The notes below the pieces were generated by a model, which had not been told where the DNA came from, did no database searches, and saw only the letters and a list, made by a program, of their open reading frames with translations. The position numbers and the translations under genes were made by a program. A DNA stretch of 63,607 bases, the filler included, from Octopus bimaculoides (Eukaryota), in NCBI RefSeq assembly GCF_001194135.2. It is 5 parts of 5 records of this genome, joined end to end, with 100 filler letters (N's around TTAATTAATTAA, not from the genome) between each part and the next. Parts side by side here need not be neighbours in the genome. Positions count along the whole stretch, not along the records: positions 61,861 to 63,607 come from NC_068999.1; 4 more parts are not named here. The stretch is one strand, 5' to 3'. Positions 62,365 to 63,607 of the stretch are shown here, piece by piece. How positions within the stretch are numbered: the stretch's first letter is position 1; each line of letters starts with the position of its first letter.

Positions 62365-63281
62365 TATTGGGACATCTCATAAATAATGCAGTTTTTTTAA
62401 TACTTCTTTTATTTTTCAAAATTTAAGATAAACAAAGTTCTTTTTTAATCTAAAATATACTTTCCTTCATTTTCTAGAATGCTCTTCCATCTATCTGGTA
62501 GACTTGCAAGGCCCCTCTTCCAAAATTCACTCGTCTATGGCGAAAAATATTCCTCCAGTACTGTTCTGACCTCGTCTCCAGAATTCATATTTTTTCCGTT
62601 CAAATGATTTTGAAGACTGCGGAATAAATGATATTCAGATGGGGCAATGTCCAATGAATATAGTGGGTGGGGCATCGTTTCCCATTCAAACTGCTCCAGC
62701 CTTTGGAATGTCATCCTCGCTGTATGTGACCGAGCATTATCCTAATGGGAGAACACTTTCTGTCTTGAAGATGGTTGTTTTTCTTCTAGCGCTCACTTGA
62801 ATGACTGACTGAATAGCCAAATCCAAGCTTCTCTGCGAGTTCCTCAGCAGTTATGATGGGATCGTGTTCCACCAGGGTTTGCAGAACATCCTCATCAAGC
62901 TCTACAGATCTTCCAGGATGAGGCTAGTCTGCTAGGCTATAGTTTCCAGCTTAGTGTTTCTGGAACCACCATTGACACTGGCTTACGCTAATTGTCTGAT
63001 CCCCAGATACTGTCTCAATATTACTCGCACTTTCCGTCGTGTTGTTACCTTTATTGAATTTATTACACGAAATATGCCGAGTATGCTCCTTTGTCACTTC
63101 CATTATAGCTTTGAAAAATAACTGTTAAAATTGAACTGCACTCTTCAAAACTTGCACTAAGAATAAGGACAAGGTAAAATTACTACCTGCTTTTATTGCA
63201 AGTTAATGCAGGTTTGTCCCATCGCCCTCCAACTTTTAGTTCATGCAATTGAAAAAACCGCATTATTTATGGGATGACCAA

Positions 63282-63284
<3 letters not shown>
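62365..63284 (-). mobile_element. Internally deleted mariner with both TIRs (about 920 bp, non-autonomous)
   Basis: TIRs TATTGGGACATCTCATAAATAATGCAGTTTTTT / AAAAAACCGCATTATTTATGGGATGACCAAATA. The minus frame has an HTH region (QWWFQK..SL.D.PHPGRS..TAEELAEKLG) joined to DNARSHTA..MPHPLYSLDIAPSEYHLFRSLQNHL, with stops. Confidence 0.93.
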
Positions 63285-63355
<71 letters not shown>

Positions 63356-63607
63356 ACACACGCACACATACACATGCACACACACATATGCATGTGTATA
63401 CACACAGACCCACACACACATAGACACCCACACTCGGACACGCAAACACACACACACACGCATGCACACATACACACGCACACACATCTTAGATAATTGC
63501 AGATTGCGTTTGTTTAAGAATTTATGCTTTTCTTTGGAATAAATAGTCATTGAACTACATTGGCGTAATATTCCATTGAAAACACAGTTCTTAGTGTAAT
63601 TATTGAC

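Overview
AT-rich, gap-riddled draft-assembly DNA from an animal genome. The dense (TA)n, (CA)n, (TATG)n, (TCTA)n and (TAA)n microsatellites and the SINE families point to an octopod cephalopod such as Octopus; this is an inference from repeat content. One protein-coding gene is securely recognisable: a + strand NRF-6/OACYL-type multi-pass membrane O-acyltransferase (Acyltransferase-3 family). Six GT-AG exons are visible between 52229 and 61644. One internal exon and the end of another fall in N-gaps, the 5' NRF-domain exons are not visible, and the 3' exons lie beyond the window. The rest is intronic or intergenic DNA filled with tRNA-type SINEs (3-4 families), fragments of Tx1/L1, RTE, CR1-group and R4/Dong-like RLE retrotransposons, Penelope-like pieces, mariner and maT transposase relics, and MITEs or foldbacks. 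The most interesting signal is a set of minimal type-I hammerhead-ribozyme motifs. In two unrelated elements, an inverted copy of the post-cleavage sequence is anchored at or near the predicted cleavage site. Other leads are an RLE retroelement apparently targeting (TATG)n, a pre-miRNA-sized hairpin, a GC-rich 45-bp minisatellite with internal palindromes, and a 470-bp foldback. Nearly all ORFs in the supplied track are microsatellite or N-gap artefacts. No CRISPR array, rRNA or true tRNA gene is supported.
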